From the human T2T-CHM13v2.0 reference genome, Homo sapiens, in NCBI RefSeq assembly GCF_009914755.1, contig NC_060926.1: a DNA stretch of 64,000 bases; one strand, 5' to 3'. Positions 39,543-55,829 of this stretch are shown here, one piece after another. The notes below the pieces were generated by a model that ran no database searches, had not been told where the DNA came from, and worked only from the letters and a program-made list of their open reading frames with translations. The position numbers and the translations under genes were made by a program. Position 1 is the first letter of the stretch. Every line of letters begins with the position of its first letter.

Positions 39543-41837
39543 GGGCAGAGCAAGATCTATTCGGCATTGGTGGATGCTGAATGGAAGCATCCACCAACCA
39601 TCCTCCCCACACAAACACCAAATTTAACAACTATCTACACCAAAAAAGCACCTTCATGAGAACCAAAAATCAGGTGAGCAATCATAGTACCTGGTTTTAA
39701 CTTTATATCGCTGTAAGAGGCACTTTAAGAGCGTAAGAAAGACAGTCTTGAATTGCCAGTCTGCCAGCAGCAGTCATGTGGTGCAGAGAGAGAATCTGCA
39801 TTTGGGGGAGGAAGAGCACAGCAATTGTGGGACTGCATTGGAAGGCAGTGCTGCCAACACTGGACAGAACTCAGCTGGTGTCCATGGAGCAAGCATTGAG
39901 ACCGACCCAAGCCAGACGGAAATCACCCAGCCCAGCAGTTGGAACTTGAGTTTTAGCAAGCCTCACCACCATGGGCTAAAGGGCTCTGGAGATCTAAATA
40001 AACTTCAAAGGCTGTCTAGACCACAAGGACTACAACTCCTATGCAATTCATAGTGCTGTACTGGGTTTGGAGCCGATGGACTTGCGGGGGCAGATGACCT
40101 AGTGAGACATCAGCCAGGGAGGCTAAGGGAGTGCATATGCCACCCCTCCCCCAACTCCACGCAGTGCAGCTCACAGCTTCAAAAGAAGCTTCCTTCCACG
40201 CGAGGAGAGGAGAGGAAAAAGGAAAAAGGACTTTGTCTTGCAACTTGGATGCCAGCTCAGCCATGGTAAGATAGGGCACTGGGCAGAGTCCTGAGGACCC
40301 CATTTCAGGTCCTGCTCCCAGGGAACATTTCTAGACCCACCCTGGGCCAGAAGGGAACCTGCTGCATTGAAGGGAAGGACCCAGGCCTGGCAGGATTCAT
40401 CACCTGCTAACTAAAGAGTTATTAGCCCTAAATAATCAGCAGCAGTAACCAGGTAGTATTACCAGGTATTAACACATGCAACGGGCCTTTAATGAGACTC
40501 TGAGATGTACTGGCTTCAGGTGTGACTCAGCACATTTACTGTTGTGATGCCTACAAGGAGAGACCCCTTGTGCCCAAGAAAAGCAGAGAGAAGAGTAAAG
40601 GGGACTTTGTCTTGAGCTTACATACCAGCTTAGCCACCGTGGAAAAGAGCACCAAGTGGGTTCTTGGGGTCCCCAACTCCAGGTCTTGACTCTTGGATGG
40701 CATCTCAGGACCTACCCTGGGCCAGAAGGGAGCCCACTGCCCTAAAGAGTGAATCCCAGGTTTGGCAGCACTCACCGCAAGCTGCTGAAAGAGCCTTTGG
40801 GCCTTAAGTGAAAACTGGTGGTACCCTGGCAGTACTCCCCATGGGCCTGCAGTGGTGGTGGACACAGGGAGAGACTCCTCTGCCTGGGGAAAGGGGAGGA
40901 AAGAGTAGGAAGGACTTTGTCTTCTGGTTTTGGCACCAGCTCAGCTGCAGTAGAATAGATCACAATATATGTTTCTAAGGTTTCCGACTCCAGACCTGGC
41001 TACCAGACAGCATCTCTGAACCCACCTAGGGCCCAGGGGAACATGCCACCCTTAACAGAAGGATACAAGCCTGGCTGGCCTCACCACCTGCTGATTGTAG
41101 AGCCCTAGAGCCTCGAGCTAAACTAAAAATAGAGCTACCATATGATCCAGCAATCTCACTGCTAGAAATGTACCCATATGAAAGGAAATCAGTATACTGA
41201 AGAGATATCTGCATTCGCATGTTTATTGCAGCACTATTCACAATAGCCAAAATTTGGAAGCAACCCAAGTGTCCATCAGCAGACAAATGGATAAAGAAAA
41301 TGTGGTACATATACACATTTTTATGGTTATTTCAGCCATAAAAATTAATGAGATCCTGTCATTTGCAACAACATGAATGGAACTGAGGGGTATTATGCTG
41401 AATGAAGTAAGCCAGGCACAGAAAGACAAGCTTCACATGGTCTCACTTATTTGTGGAAGTTAAAAATTAAAACAATTGAACTCACGGAGATAGAAAGTAG
41501 AATGATGGTTACCACAGACTGGGAATGGTAACCATCATGGGGGGCAGTGGGGGGACAGCTAATGGGTATAAAAAAATTGAATGAATAAGATCTAGTATTT
41601 GATAGCACAACAAGGTGACTATAGTCAATAATAATTAAATTGTACATTTTTAAATAGCTAAAAGAGTATAATTATATTGTTTGTAACACAAAGTATAAAT
41701 GCTTAAGGCAATGGTTACCTCATTTATCCTGAAGTGATTATTACAAATCCTATGCCTGTATCAAAATATCCCACATGCACTATAAATATATACATCTGCT
41801 ATATACCCACAAAAATTAAAGATAAATTTTTTAAATG
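39543..41837 (+). mobile_element. Internally deleted L1MA-type element (5'UTR 39543-~41120 fused to 3' end ~41120-41837)
   Basis: Starts GGGCAGAGCAAGAT, has a repeated-unit 5'UTR and an L1MA-type 3'UTR. The 15-bp TSD is ATCTATGATATGAAG (39527-39541) / ATCTGTGATATGTAG (41838-41852). Confidence 0.8.
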
Positions 41838-41974
41838 ATCTGTGATATGTAGATACTTTGGGGCTACTTTAGATAATCAATAATGAGTTGACATTTGCAG
41901 TAGTTCAAAAGTAAGGGAAAATTAGATAAGGAATTGTTTTTCATTGTTTCTAATTATTTAAAATCCAAGAGGTA

Positions 41975-42125
41975 TGGGGGGAGGGGGGAGGGATAGCATT
42001 AGGAGATATACCTAATGTAAGTGACAAGTTAATGGGTGCAGCACACCAACATGGCACATGTATACATATGTAACAAACCTGCACGTTGTGCACACGTACC
42101 CTAGAACTTTAAGTATAATTTTAAA
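41975..42125 (+). mobile_element. Very short (~150 bp) 5'-truncated L1PA 3' end
   Basis: GGGGGAGGGATAGCATTAGGAGATATACCTAATG...TACCCTAGAACTT, with TSD AAAAT(C/T)CAAGAGGTA. Confidence 0.92.
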
Positions 42126-42185
42126 AAAATTCAAGAGGTAGCTATATTTTAGAGATGACTAAAATTAAATTGCTTTACAATATTC

Positions 42186-42517
<332 letters not shown>

Positions 42518-42535
42518 TAGATTAAACTCCAACTA

Positions 42536-42922
<387 letters not shown>

Positions 42923-43819
42923 TTACACTGAAAATAAACATTATTTAAAAGTGAGATACCACAATCTAACAGTTAGGCTATGAGAAGGGCACTTACCTAT
43001 AAACTCCTCCAGGTCACCCTTAATATTTTTTTTTGATGTGGTTAATTTCAAATATATATCATTTTTTTACTATACTCTCAAAAACTGAAAGTAATTGAAA
43101 GGATGTTTTAACTATGAAACACCCTGGAGACACCTATCGGCTATGTAATTGGTCATCACATTTTGTTAACTATCACAAACATTCTTAGTTGCAACCCAAC
43201 CAGGTGTTTGCAAAGCACATTTGTGATATTCACAATTAGAAATAAAATTGTCGTGCTTCAAATTCTTATTAATGTATTATCAAGCTTTATTCTGCAAAAT
43301 TGTTACATTTTATGTCAACCAAACTGATAATATTTTTTAATAAGTTGGAGACACCATCCTCCCCCAGAACCTGGAAGTTGTTTCTTAAAACTTAATGATT
43401 TTGGAAGACTTGTAAAGTCTTACAACAAAATTGTCCCTTCCTCAATATAATATCTAATGGTTTTTAAATGTTTTCATTCATCCTTTGAGAATTCTTCAAG
43501 CTCTATAATTGGGTAATGGGAAAATTATATAATTTGGGGATTTCAAGTACATATGGACATTTGGCTTAGATTTGAGTAAGGATCAACCATAGTAAATCCA
43601 AAATGGCCTCTTTGAGTCCTATTATTTCCAATTAGTTTCATTCTTCCAGGGCAACAAGCTGTATGCATGGACATCAGCAGCAGTTTACATATGCAAAAGA
43701 GACAAGAATGGGATAATGGAGCACTTCAAATTACTACCAGAAAAAAATATTTCTCAAGTGTGTCCTGGCTAATAGAGAAATAATTTGCCCAAAATTATAA
43801 ACAAGACATTGTTTATAAT

Positions 43820-43872
43820 GATGGTGCCACTGCACTCTAGCCTGGGCGACAGAGAGACCTCATCTCAAAAAA
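43820..43872 (+). mobile_element. Short Alu 3' fragment
   Basis: GATGGTGCCACTGCACTCTAGCCTGGGCGACAGAG..CATCTCAAAAAA. Confidence 0.8.
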
Positions 43873-44348
43873 GTAACTAAACAATTTTTTTAAATACTCA
43901 ATTCATTTCCTTTTCTCATAGTTAATAAAATAATTGTGTAATAATAATTCCTCAATTGAAATATTTTAGTTTTTCAATTAAAAAAAGTTTTTGCTATGAC
44001 ATTAGGGTCAAAATAGACAATAGAAGATATTATATTGCTAAATGGCCTATTCCTTTTGGTCTAAAACAGATTTCTGATCTTTTTATACAGTATGCACATT
44101 GATAATGCTGAGTGTTACGTATCTTAACTTTTCATTATGGAAAATTTCAAACATTAAAAAAAGTAGGGAAATTGTCTTATTAACTCATGTATATATCAGC
44201 CAACCATTTCCAACAATTATTAACATTCTACTGTTCTAATTTATTCCTTTGCCTTTTATTGCTAAGATATTTTAAAGCAAATTCAAGAAAGCATATCATT
44301 TTACACATGAATACCTCAGTAGGTATCTCTATCTAAAAAGAATTTTCA

Positions 44349-44605
<257 letters not shown>

Positions 44606-44643
<38 letters not shown>
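44606..44643 (+). repeat. (CA)19 microsatellite
   Basis: Read directly from the sequence. Confidence 0.95.
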
Positions 44644-44645
<2 letters not shown>

Positions 44646-46429
44646 TTAAAATGTATCACAAGATCATTACCACATACATCAAAATTTATAATAATTTCTT
44701 ATTATCAACAAATAACCAGCCCATGTTCAGTTACCAGAAAAATGCCTTTTTGAATTTTTTGGTACAAATCAGGAATCAGGATCCAATTGGTTGACGAATC
44801 TCTTAAGGTATTTTTTTAATCTATAAAATTCCTTCCTCCCTTTATTTTTTTAAAGCTCTTTGTTGAAGAAACTGGGTCATTCATCTATAGATGTTTTTCT
44901 ATTCTGTATATAGCTAATTGAATCCTAATAATGGTGTTTAATATGTTCCTCTTTCTTCTCTATTTCCTACAAGTTGGAGTTAGAAATAAAAGCCATATTG
45001 ATTGAGGTTTATTACACTAATTAATTTTTCTCTTTTGGCAAGAATACTTCATGGATGAAAGTGCTCATTTTTTTTTACTTCAGGAAGTCACATGCCTCAA
45101 TTTCCACACTTATGATGAGATTAAGGGTGACCCATTATCAATTTCCCCATCACCCTTTTATGTAATGATTCTAGCAGCCATTTGTGATTGTTGCCTCAAT
45201 TCATTATTTTATTAGCACTTGCAAAATGGTAATATTTAGCATTCTCTCTGCATTTGATAGCAATTTTTCTATAAACAAAAAATTATCTCACAAATTATTA
45301 GGTACCTTGAAATTCTATCCATACAGAAAAGACAGAATAAATGTCTGAATCTTTTCTTTTATGAGCTTTCAAATAAATGAGTTGATGTCCTAGCTACCTC
45401 CAAAGGTGTTCAATAGGTTTTGTGTTTTAACTTTTATATTTATTTGCTTTTGTTTTGGATGTCATGAAGTGTTTCACTGCATTCACTGCAGTCATTATTC
45501 TCTTGCCCTCCCTTCGGCCAGTGTGAGCCCTTCAGGCTGGCTCTTGTGTAAGTTTAAAATGATAGTCATATGCTTGGATAGCTTTCTCTTTATCTGTTCT
45601 GTCAAGATGTCCCAGGCTCATCTTGTCCAATCCCTGCCCCAACCTGCAATCAGCCATTTCTCTAAAGAGGCTTGTTCCTTTTGGTAGGAAATGGCATTTA
45701 AAAGCCTTTACGTGAGTTCTAGAGTAGCCATTTTGAGTGTGTGGTCATTGCTTCTAGCACTTTTCAGTAGACAAATCTAGAAAACATATTTTCAGATAGA
45801 GAAAAATATGTAAATTTATGCATCTCTAATTTGAATTAATAATTACAGGATTTTTTCTTAACTTCCTTGATTTTATATTTTTTCTTTTCTCTGAATATTA
45901 CGGCTCCTGACATTTGCTTGTTCCCACTTATTTGTCTTATCTTTATCTAAAAAGTGTTACAATCAAAGGTGTTTTATCTTTATCACCTACTTATTTATGT
46001 ATCTACTAATAATAGTTTTTATAAAGCAATGTCATCATTACTAACCTCAATATCATTGAATACCATTCAATATTTCTCTGTGCTTCCCTTTGTCTTGACA
46101 ATAGATCTCACTAGTGATGTAAAGTCAAAATACTTCATTTTAAAAATCACTTGAAATTATTCTTCTTTGTATAGTTCTCTGTGATCTAGACTTAGGTTCA
46201 TTAGTTTGTTTTGTATTTTACAGATTGCTTTGTTGTTTTTCTAATTAACATTATTTTTTAATTACTTAATATATAGTTCCTAAACCCAAACCATAAAACA
46301 AAGCACTTTAATAAAGGTCTAACCTCCATCATTATCCTGTCTCCTCTGTTCTCTCCCTATCCCTAAAGATCAACATTTTTATTACTTTTTGGCTTATCCT
46401 TGCCTTATTTCTTTTTGAACCTATTAGCA

Positions 46430-46774
<345 letters not shown>

Positions 46775-46958
46775 CTAACACTTCTTGCATAAGAATAAAC
46801 CTACAATACACATTTTCTGCATCTTGTATCTTGGAGATTACTCCAAAGGTTTTTAGAAACCTACCCTATTTTATGGATGTGCCTTTCTCCTATTCCAGGA
46901 AGCTATTTTTTAAAAATAAATTTAAAAATAATTTTCTAATCATTTCACAAATAGCTTA

Positions 46959-47364
<406 letters not shown>

Positions 47365-47839
47365 TGAAGGTTTTAAAGTTAACTCTGTACTTTTCTGGAA
47401 ACACACATCTCTCAAGCACAAAAATGGCTGACTCTCACATGAAAATGTATACGTCCACAGTGGAAAAAATGAAGTACTTTTTTTAAAATGAAGCAGAAAT
47501 CTGTAGTTAATATTTCTCCTTTGATATTAAATTATTGGCAGTAAATTATTGGTTTAAGGTAGCACTAAACCTTCCTTATAAGCTTTGATGATGCTAAGAA
47601 CTATATAACACAAATTTGAAAAATAAAACATTTTGAGTCAAACAATTTACTTCTTTCAATGCACATCTCCATTACCTCTGCCAATACAGAAACGGCATAA
47701 GTTTAAATTCACGTGTGCAAATTCCATGAAAATGTGTGTGTGTGCATTATATACCTACATACACACACAAATATATATACACATCACAAGAATATATCAA
47801 ATAAACTTGTCACTGAGGTAGAATACATCAAGGATGTGC

Positions 47840-47930
47840 AATCAAACAATTCAACAAACGTATATTGGATACATTGGGCACCTCTTGTGGGTCAAGTACT
47901 CTGCTAGCCATTGGGAATACAAAGCTGAAT
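47840..47930 (-). mobile_element. L2 3' fragment
   Basis: ATTCAACAAAC.TATATTG...GCACCT...CTCTGCTAG..ATTGGGAATACAAAG.TGAAT. Confidence 0.6.
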
Positions 47931-48229
47931 TTGCTGCCCTGAATTTAACTTTTCTAAATTTATTTATTTAGTTTTAAAGAGTTGAAAAGAGACATAATTG
48001 GAAAATTCTGAAAGAGTGTGCTAAGGACAACAATAAATGTTTTCAAACTACAGTAGAGTCAACACACAGAAGTTCAAGTGATTAATTATTGAGAAAGCTT
48101 CCCAACTAAGTGGCAGCTGGGTTAGTCTGTGAAGGATAAATAACTCTGAGGGGGAAGGTGGGCAAAGGATTACCTAGCAAAGAGAAAGGCAAACAGTATT
48201 ATATTATGCATTAGAAAACTCTACATATG

Positions 48230-48400
48230 GCCTTTCCAAGACTCAGTACCTCTTGGGGCTTTGAAAAATTACTCAAGCCTGGGTGCCAACCCATTCCTAC
48301 AAATGCACAGTTGGATTAATTTGTCTGGGATGGAGTCTGAGCATGGAAACTTTTTAAACTCTCCAGGAATTCAATATGAAATTAAAGTTAAGAATCACTG
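48230..48400. mobile_element. MER5-like MITE fragment
   Basis: TTTTAAACTCTCCAGGAATTC...GTTAAGAATCACTG. Confidence 0.5.
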
Positions 48401-51400
48401 TGAGGATTGATGTCTGAACTACCCAAAAAGATTTGAACCCATAAGAATAGGATTTTATTGCTCTAGGATGAAGAGATGTCCTCTTTGCTTATAAGAATCC
48501 TGTAAGTGGGGTCCAACACTATATCCTGGGTTTAATGTTCTCATTATTTCCCTCTACTACTGTCAAATCAGGAAATCATTGCCTTTTTCAAGGCATATCA
48601 AAATCCACATCATAAAATTATGTCAGTTGTTTTGCTTGCTTTTGTAAACATATAGAAGCAGAAACACTTTTAGCATTAATAACAAATTAGGCTTCACCTT
48701 AAACCAAAATCTAACCCAAGTGAAAGAAGATTTCCGTCTTTTGGCCATTAATGCTTAATTATGCATTTCATTAAGTAAAGTTTTTACTTTAAAAACTTCA
48801 TTAGTAACAATTAGTCTTCTCTCCTTTCTAATTTATATGCACCTGTTTCTAATTACAGTGGCACTATGTCAGCCTTAGAAAATGCATTTTGAAAACTCTT
48901 TAAAATAACTTGGATATTTCTGCTTACCCAATGATATTTGTCTTCCTATTTAAGAGACAATTTCACTTTATTTTATTTCAGATGCATTACCTGTACTTTT
49001 CTGGTATACTAATTTTTGTACTCTTCTAATATTGAAAAGTTAAATATGAGCACTTCTATTTTCTTCTTGTTTTGATGAAGTCACATTTCTCACTGAAAGG
49101 GGTGATCATGTCTCCAAAAAGGAAACAAGAAACCCTGGAAACTGATTTATAATTATTAGATTTTTTTCTAATTCCCTGACCCTTAGAACTTAAACTAAAG
49201 TCACATTAACTGGTATTGGAAAGTCTTTTTAGAAATCGTGACTATGCCCTCAGCAGAGAAATGGCCATAATGAATTTTCTACTCTAAATAGCATCTTAAA
49301 AAGCTGAAAGCACTGAATTCTACATTATCTGTAGGGGCTAGTGGAGAGAAAAGTTTACTATAACAATCTATATTTATAATATTAATATGAAATTTTAAAT
49401 ATATTTTATAAATTATGGCTGACCAGTTAAATAAATTTATGTTTTAGAAACTTTCAGACTTTGAACAGAAATTAATTTTAATGAGTATTTTTAAACATAT
49501 GGTGCTTAAACATGATCATTTGATTGTTTTAGATTATGGTTATATAATAAGTGGCATTTTAAGTTATAGATATCAGTGCTACTTTTGAAAAAATAATGAA
49601 TTCCCTATAAGTATAGCAAAGAAATGTCTCTTACCAGAATAAGGTATGGGGAAAAATCTGCCTTCAACATTTTCACTCTTCTCTTGGAACATCTTCTTTT
49701 GCTTTGTAGCATCCTTCGTCATTCCTCCCAGACCAACTCTCGAATTCCACATTCTTCCTATGTGACTTTCTGTCCCAAGTTTCCCCAGACCCAAGCACTC
49801 CTGGACCTCCTCTCTTACATAAAAACTTACCTATTGTTTTTCTCCATCTCCTCTAATCTCAATTTTCTGAAGAAGACTTGACAAACAAATTATTTTACAT
49901 ATATTCATGGCTAAAACTAAGTTCCATTCCAAGTACATTTATGAATTTCCATAATTATCATCTACAGCTTCTATTTTAAAATAAGCAGGTTATCCTAATG
50001 CTCAGAATTAAAGTGATTTTGTTGGGGGGAAAAAAGTACCAGGCAAGGTACCAAAACACCTGGCTTCACAACTATGGGTAACTTGCTTAACCTTCTTGAT
50101 CCTCAGTTTTAGCCACTGTAAAATTTAAATAATAACCACCCCATTTGTTGTGAGAATTATATGAATGGAGATAAGTACTTTTAAGCTTTTAATGTATACA
50201 AGTGTATTCCATGTATATGTATATCAGTATATACAGATGCACACATATATATAATAAGATAGCAGGTATTATTTACTTAATACGTTAAAGCATATGGACC
50301 TTTTATCCCTACTTTCTGGAATTGTCAAACAAATAAATGACCAGTAAGGATATTAGATGAAAAAAGGAAAAGAAATGACCTTTCAACAGAAAAGGATCGC
50401 TATATACCTTGGAGACTACGGCTGAGATGCTCAGAGAAATGGCTTTTAGAAAAATGGCCACCATTTCATACCTTTAGCCTTCCATGTCCAATACAGCTGA
50501 ATTTGACACAGTGGGAGAATACAGAATAAAAATGACCCTACAGGTAATTTCATCCTATTATGTTTATATGAAAGGAAGACTGTGAACTCTATGCATTTTT
50601 TTTTCAGTATCTTTTTTACAGTTTTAGTGCACTGATCAGAACCAACCTGAAGCTATGTGCTGAGGGCTGTAATTTCATAGGAAGTATTGCAGTAAAAAAT
50701 GTGATGGGTGTGTATCCATAAGGAGATAACTTCGGGAAAGCATCAGAAGCAAAATAAGATTGTCTTAAGTAAACTCATTTAGGACTAACCTATCATATAG
50801 ATTTCAACACTATAAAATTATGGATTGGTCAAGAGAAGCCGAAAAGCTTGTAAAATATGCTGAGGAAACAAGTTCGGGCTGGTGGGTAATCTTAAAGCTG
50901 CTGAGGCAGAAAAATCATTAATTGCATTTCCTGAGTGACATTTTTGATCACCCTACCTTCTCACAAAAGAGGATTTTCTGGAAATTGAAAGGGTGTTAGG
51001 ATGTCAAGAAATCAGCCAAGTGGAGGTGTGTTTGTCCAAAATATTATTTTCTGTCTCTATGGCGATTAGCAGTAAGAGGAGTAGTAATAGTAGTTATTGT
51101 TGTTGTTGTTGTTTTCAGAAATCATACTGGGTCTGAGCAGTTATTTAGGATTACCCTCGTACACAGTATTTCTTGACATGACTCTTAAAGTAGATAAAAA
51201 TGCATGCCAACAAGCCATAAATGTCACTGGCTACCTTTCCTTGTAATTTTTCAGAAGAATCTTACTGATGAAAACAAGCAGTAATGGGATGCCTCAGTGA
51301 GAAAAAGAAAGAGCAGTATAATGAATGGTGGGCTTCAGGGCAAGAACAACATCAGCAGGAGATAAAGAGAAGTTGGGCAGTGTTCAGGCTGAAAAATTAT

Positions 51401-52320
51401 TAGAGAACCAACAGACGAATCTCTGCTATTATGTTGTTGGCCGTATTAACACTACAGCTTTATCACTCCTGTTGTGATAACTACTCTCTTTTGTAGGAAG
51501 AAAGAATCTAAATACTCAGGCTCTGGTGCTGCTGAATATATGGAATTATAGCACTTTAATAGACTCATTTAGGAGATATCACTGGCCTTTCTGAAAAAGA
51601 GCTACTTCTCACCTCCTACAAGCCATGAGATCACCTGGAAAAGCTGTAGAGCTAACTGACCATCAAGTCACTGGACAGAACAACAAAAGAGTACTTCTAC
51701 CTACTTATGAAAGAAAAGTGTATCTCTGACTCACTTTCCTCAAGGTCATCTTTTCTACCCACTGTCCCACAAATGCTTAACCTGGCTGTTCAAAACTCAC
51801 TAGAACAGTTTTTTAAAAGACTATTTAAAGTTACTTAATGTATATCTCAATATCGCAATGCTGCTTAAAATTTGATAAATGTTAGGTTAGTTTCATACAT
51901 TGAGTCAGCACTTTTACTTCTGTATGCTCCATTTTTATAATTTGTTGATTGCATGACAAGTTCTTAGTCCATAATTTTTAAATATGAAAAGGGACTTTGC
52001 CACCTATTTAAAATTTCTAAATCACACAAATTGCTATAAACTGCAGATTTCACACTTTTCCCCACATTCCATATTCCTTACTAGCTAGTCAATCTGGATA
52101 AGATAAACAATGTTGAAAGAATTCAGTGTTGAAGAAAAAAGAAAGATGTGGAATATTTGCTCACGATACCAAGTAGCACACTTTTGTCTACACGATTAAT
52201 TCCAAAAAGGATTCATTGAGCATCTTCCTACATGCCGACCTGTCCTCAAAACTATGGGAGATACAAAGAAGAATAACAATATAATATTGAGGTTTACTTG
52301 GTTGAAGAAGAAATCTAGAT

Positions 52321-52330
52321 TTTATATATA

Positions 52331-52388
<58 letters not shown>

Positions 52389-52600
52389 TATATACACACA
52401 TATGTATATGTATATAAATAATCAGGGTATAATCTCTAGCTCCTACAAGTAAATAAATATATTTACATATATAAAAATAATAAATATATGTAAACATTTA
52501 AATAATAAATATATTTAAATATATAAATATATATTAATAATAAATATATTTAAATATATAAGTATATATTTATTTGTAAATAATAAATATTTATTTATTT
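52321..52600. repeat. Compound (TG)n(TA)n(CA)n microsatellite and AT-rich low-complexity tract
   Basis: Read directly from the sequence. Confidence 0.93.
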
Positions 52601-53116
52601 ACAGGAAAGAGAAATTATACCGATTGTAAAAATTGCATTAAAGATTATAAATAAAGTTTCCAAAAATATTGATTAAATAGATATTAGATTAGTATCTTAT
52701 TGTATGTACCATATTAGAATTAAAAAGCAATATGAAATTTTTGCAAGAATTATTTTATTATTCAGGTTGCTTTCTCCTTTGCATTATTAGAGAAAGAAAG
52801 TAAATGTGAAAGACCCTCTAGTTTTATTTTATGGTTAAGTAATGGACCCTAAAAGAGTTATCATTCTGATTCAAAATGGATGTGCATTATCACATTCTCA
52901 GACTACCAAAAGCTGTCAAGTATCTGTTTAGGACACAGTGTATAAAAATATCAGCATTGGGAAGCCTGAAGTCAGGACAGACCCATACATAGTGAAAAAG
53001 AAGCCATAGGGGAATTGAATAGAACTGAGAACCTAGGAGATTCTCTTAAGGCTCAGCTCCCTCAGAGGGCTAAAGCCAAAAATTACTCATGGTTTTATCT
53101 TTTTGTAAGCAGGTAG

Positions 53117-53443
<327 letters not shown>

Positions 53444-53869
53444 TAGTGTGTGTTTTTTAAATGGCTTTCTCCTCTGAACTACTGTTTATATTATTTGTTC
53501 CTGAGTTTATATTGGCATTTATCCTCTTGCAATATTTTCCCAATTATTCTATAAAACTATCTTGAATCTTACAGAACCTAGTGTGTAATTATTGTATAAC
53601 AGGGAAAATGTATTTTTAAAGAGATTAGAGTGATGTTGTTGTTTTTGTTTTCTGCTAACTTCATTGTGTGTTATCTTTCTCTCTTTTAATCCATTGTTCA
53701 AAGAAGAATTGGAATTTTTATAGCATAAATACAGAGTCAACATATGCGGCTTTTGAATCACAAAGTAAAAAAGTAAAGCCCAATTTCCTCTTAGGCTTTG
53801 TTAAGAAAGGACTTTTCTACATTTCAAAACTATTCCTTTACATATTAAGAGCCAAGCCTGGCTGAATCA

Positions 53870-54197
<328 letters not shown>

Positions 54198-54513
54198 ACA
54201 TATGTATGTATGGTAAAGGAAGTTTCTACCATGAAGAGAAAATAAATCTAAAATAGTAAGAATAAGAAGGATTCAGAGAGGACAAGATAATGCAAGGGTT
54301 ATTCAGGTTCTAGAAGAAGAATCTATTTTCTCTGATTCCTAGAGTCTCATCCAAAAGGAACAAGTATACAAGTATAATAATTTTAATACAGCCATAGAGA
54401 GGTTTCAGAGAGAGTATGACAGCATCCAACATGTGTTATACTCACCCAAACCTGTCCAGCACAGCAAGGCAGCAGTAGGGTAGCAAAACCTGATGGATGT
54501 AAACTACTCTAGA

Positions 54514-54924
54514 TATGATGGTTATTAGGTGTCAACTTGGCTAAGCTATGGTGGCCAGTTGTTTGCTACAACACCAGTGTAGATATTGCTGTGAAGTTAT
54601 TTTGCGGGCATGATTAACATTTAAATCAGTAAACTGAGTAAAGCAGATTACCTTCAGTAATATGGATGGGCCTCACCAAATTAGTTGAAGGCCTTAAGAG
54701 ACTGGGGGCCCCTAAAAAGGAAGGAATTCTGCTTTCAGACTGCCTTTGGACTTGTGACCTACAACATCAGCTCTTCCTTGGGTCTCCAGATTGCTGGCTT
54801 CCCTTAGAGATTTTACACTTGCCAATCCCTGTGTCATGTGAGCCAATTCCTTGAAAATAATATTTTTAAATATATACTCACATCCTATTGATTCTGTTTT
54901 TCTAAAGAGACCCTGACTAATACA
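54514..54924 (+). mobile_element. MLT2-family (ERVL) solo LTR
   Basis: GATGGTTA..TGTCAACTTGGCTAAGC ... CCTATTGATTCTGTTT..CCCTGACTAATACA. Confidence 0.85.
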
Positions 54925-55522
54925 GTAAATAAGTCTAAAATGTCCCCTTGAGCCCACACGGCATGAAAATGCCATGCAGGAGGCCCAGGAATTCCTAGAT
55001 AGAGGACTAGGAGATACGGAGAGAACAGTGGACCATCTGAGACTAGAAGTCAGGAGGAGGCTTCACAATTCAGAATACAGAAACTTCATGACCAAAGTAA
55101 ATGGCAGCCTTGATGGATTTCAGCAGCATCTACCCAAATGACTTTGAAAATAGCAAGTCACACCAAAGAGGACGCCTGTTCACAACACCCAACGACTAGC
55201 ACAGATTAAGCATACCACAAAAATAGGGAAGACACTAACAACAGCTCATATGCCAGTCTCCCACTCCTAGCCCTTCACTGCGAGGTCACATCAGTTTCTC
55301 ACTGAGCAACCCTTCATGGGAAGGGGGACCTGGAGACAGAAGAATAATAGCCCTCATATAAAATTTGTATTTTGAATTGACTATTACATAAAATACACTG
55401 GGTGAATCCTAAATGTACAATAGACCATATCAAATTCAAATCTACCTTTATTTGTCAAGATTAAGTTCATTCCTCTCCCCCATCATAAAGTTTGGGGTCT
55501 TTAGAAAATAAGGATAACTTTC

Positions 55523-55829
55523 GGATGGGTGCAGTGGCTCACGCCTGTAATCCCAGCACTTTGGGAGGCTGAGGCAGGTGGATCACGAGGTCAGGAGATC
55601 GAGACCATCCTGGCTAACACAGTGAAACCCCATCTCTACTAAAAATACAAAAAATTAGCCAGGCGTGGTGGCAGGCACCTGTAGTCCCAGGTACTCGGGA
55701 GGCTCAGGCAGGAGAATGGCATGAACCCGGGAAGCAGAGTTTGCAGTTAGCCGAGATTGCGCCACTGCACTCCAGCCTGGGTGACAGAGTGAGACTCCGT
55801 CTCAAAAAAAAAAAAAAAGAAAAGAAAAG
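55523..55829 (+). mobile_element. AluY
   Basis: GAGATCGAGACCATCCTGGCTAACAC and AGAATGGCATGAACCCGGG, with TSD AAGGA(T/A)AACTTTC. Confidence 0.94.
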
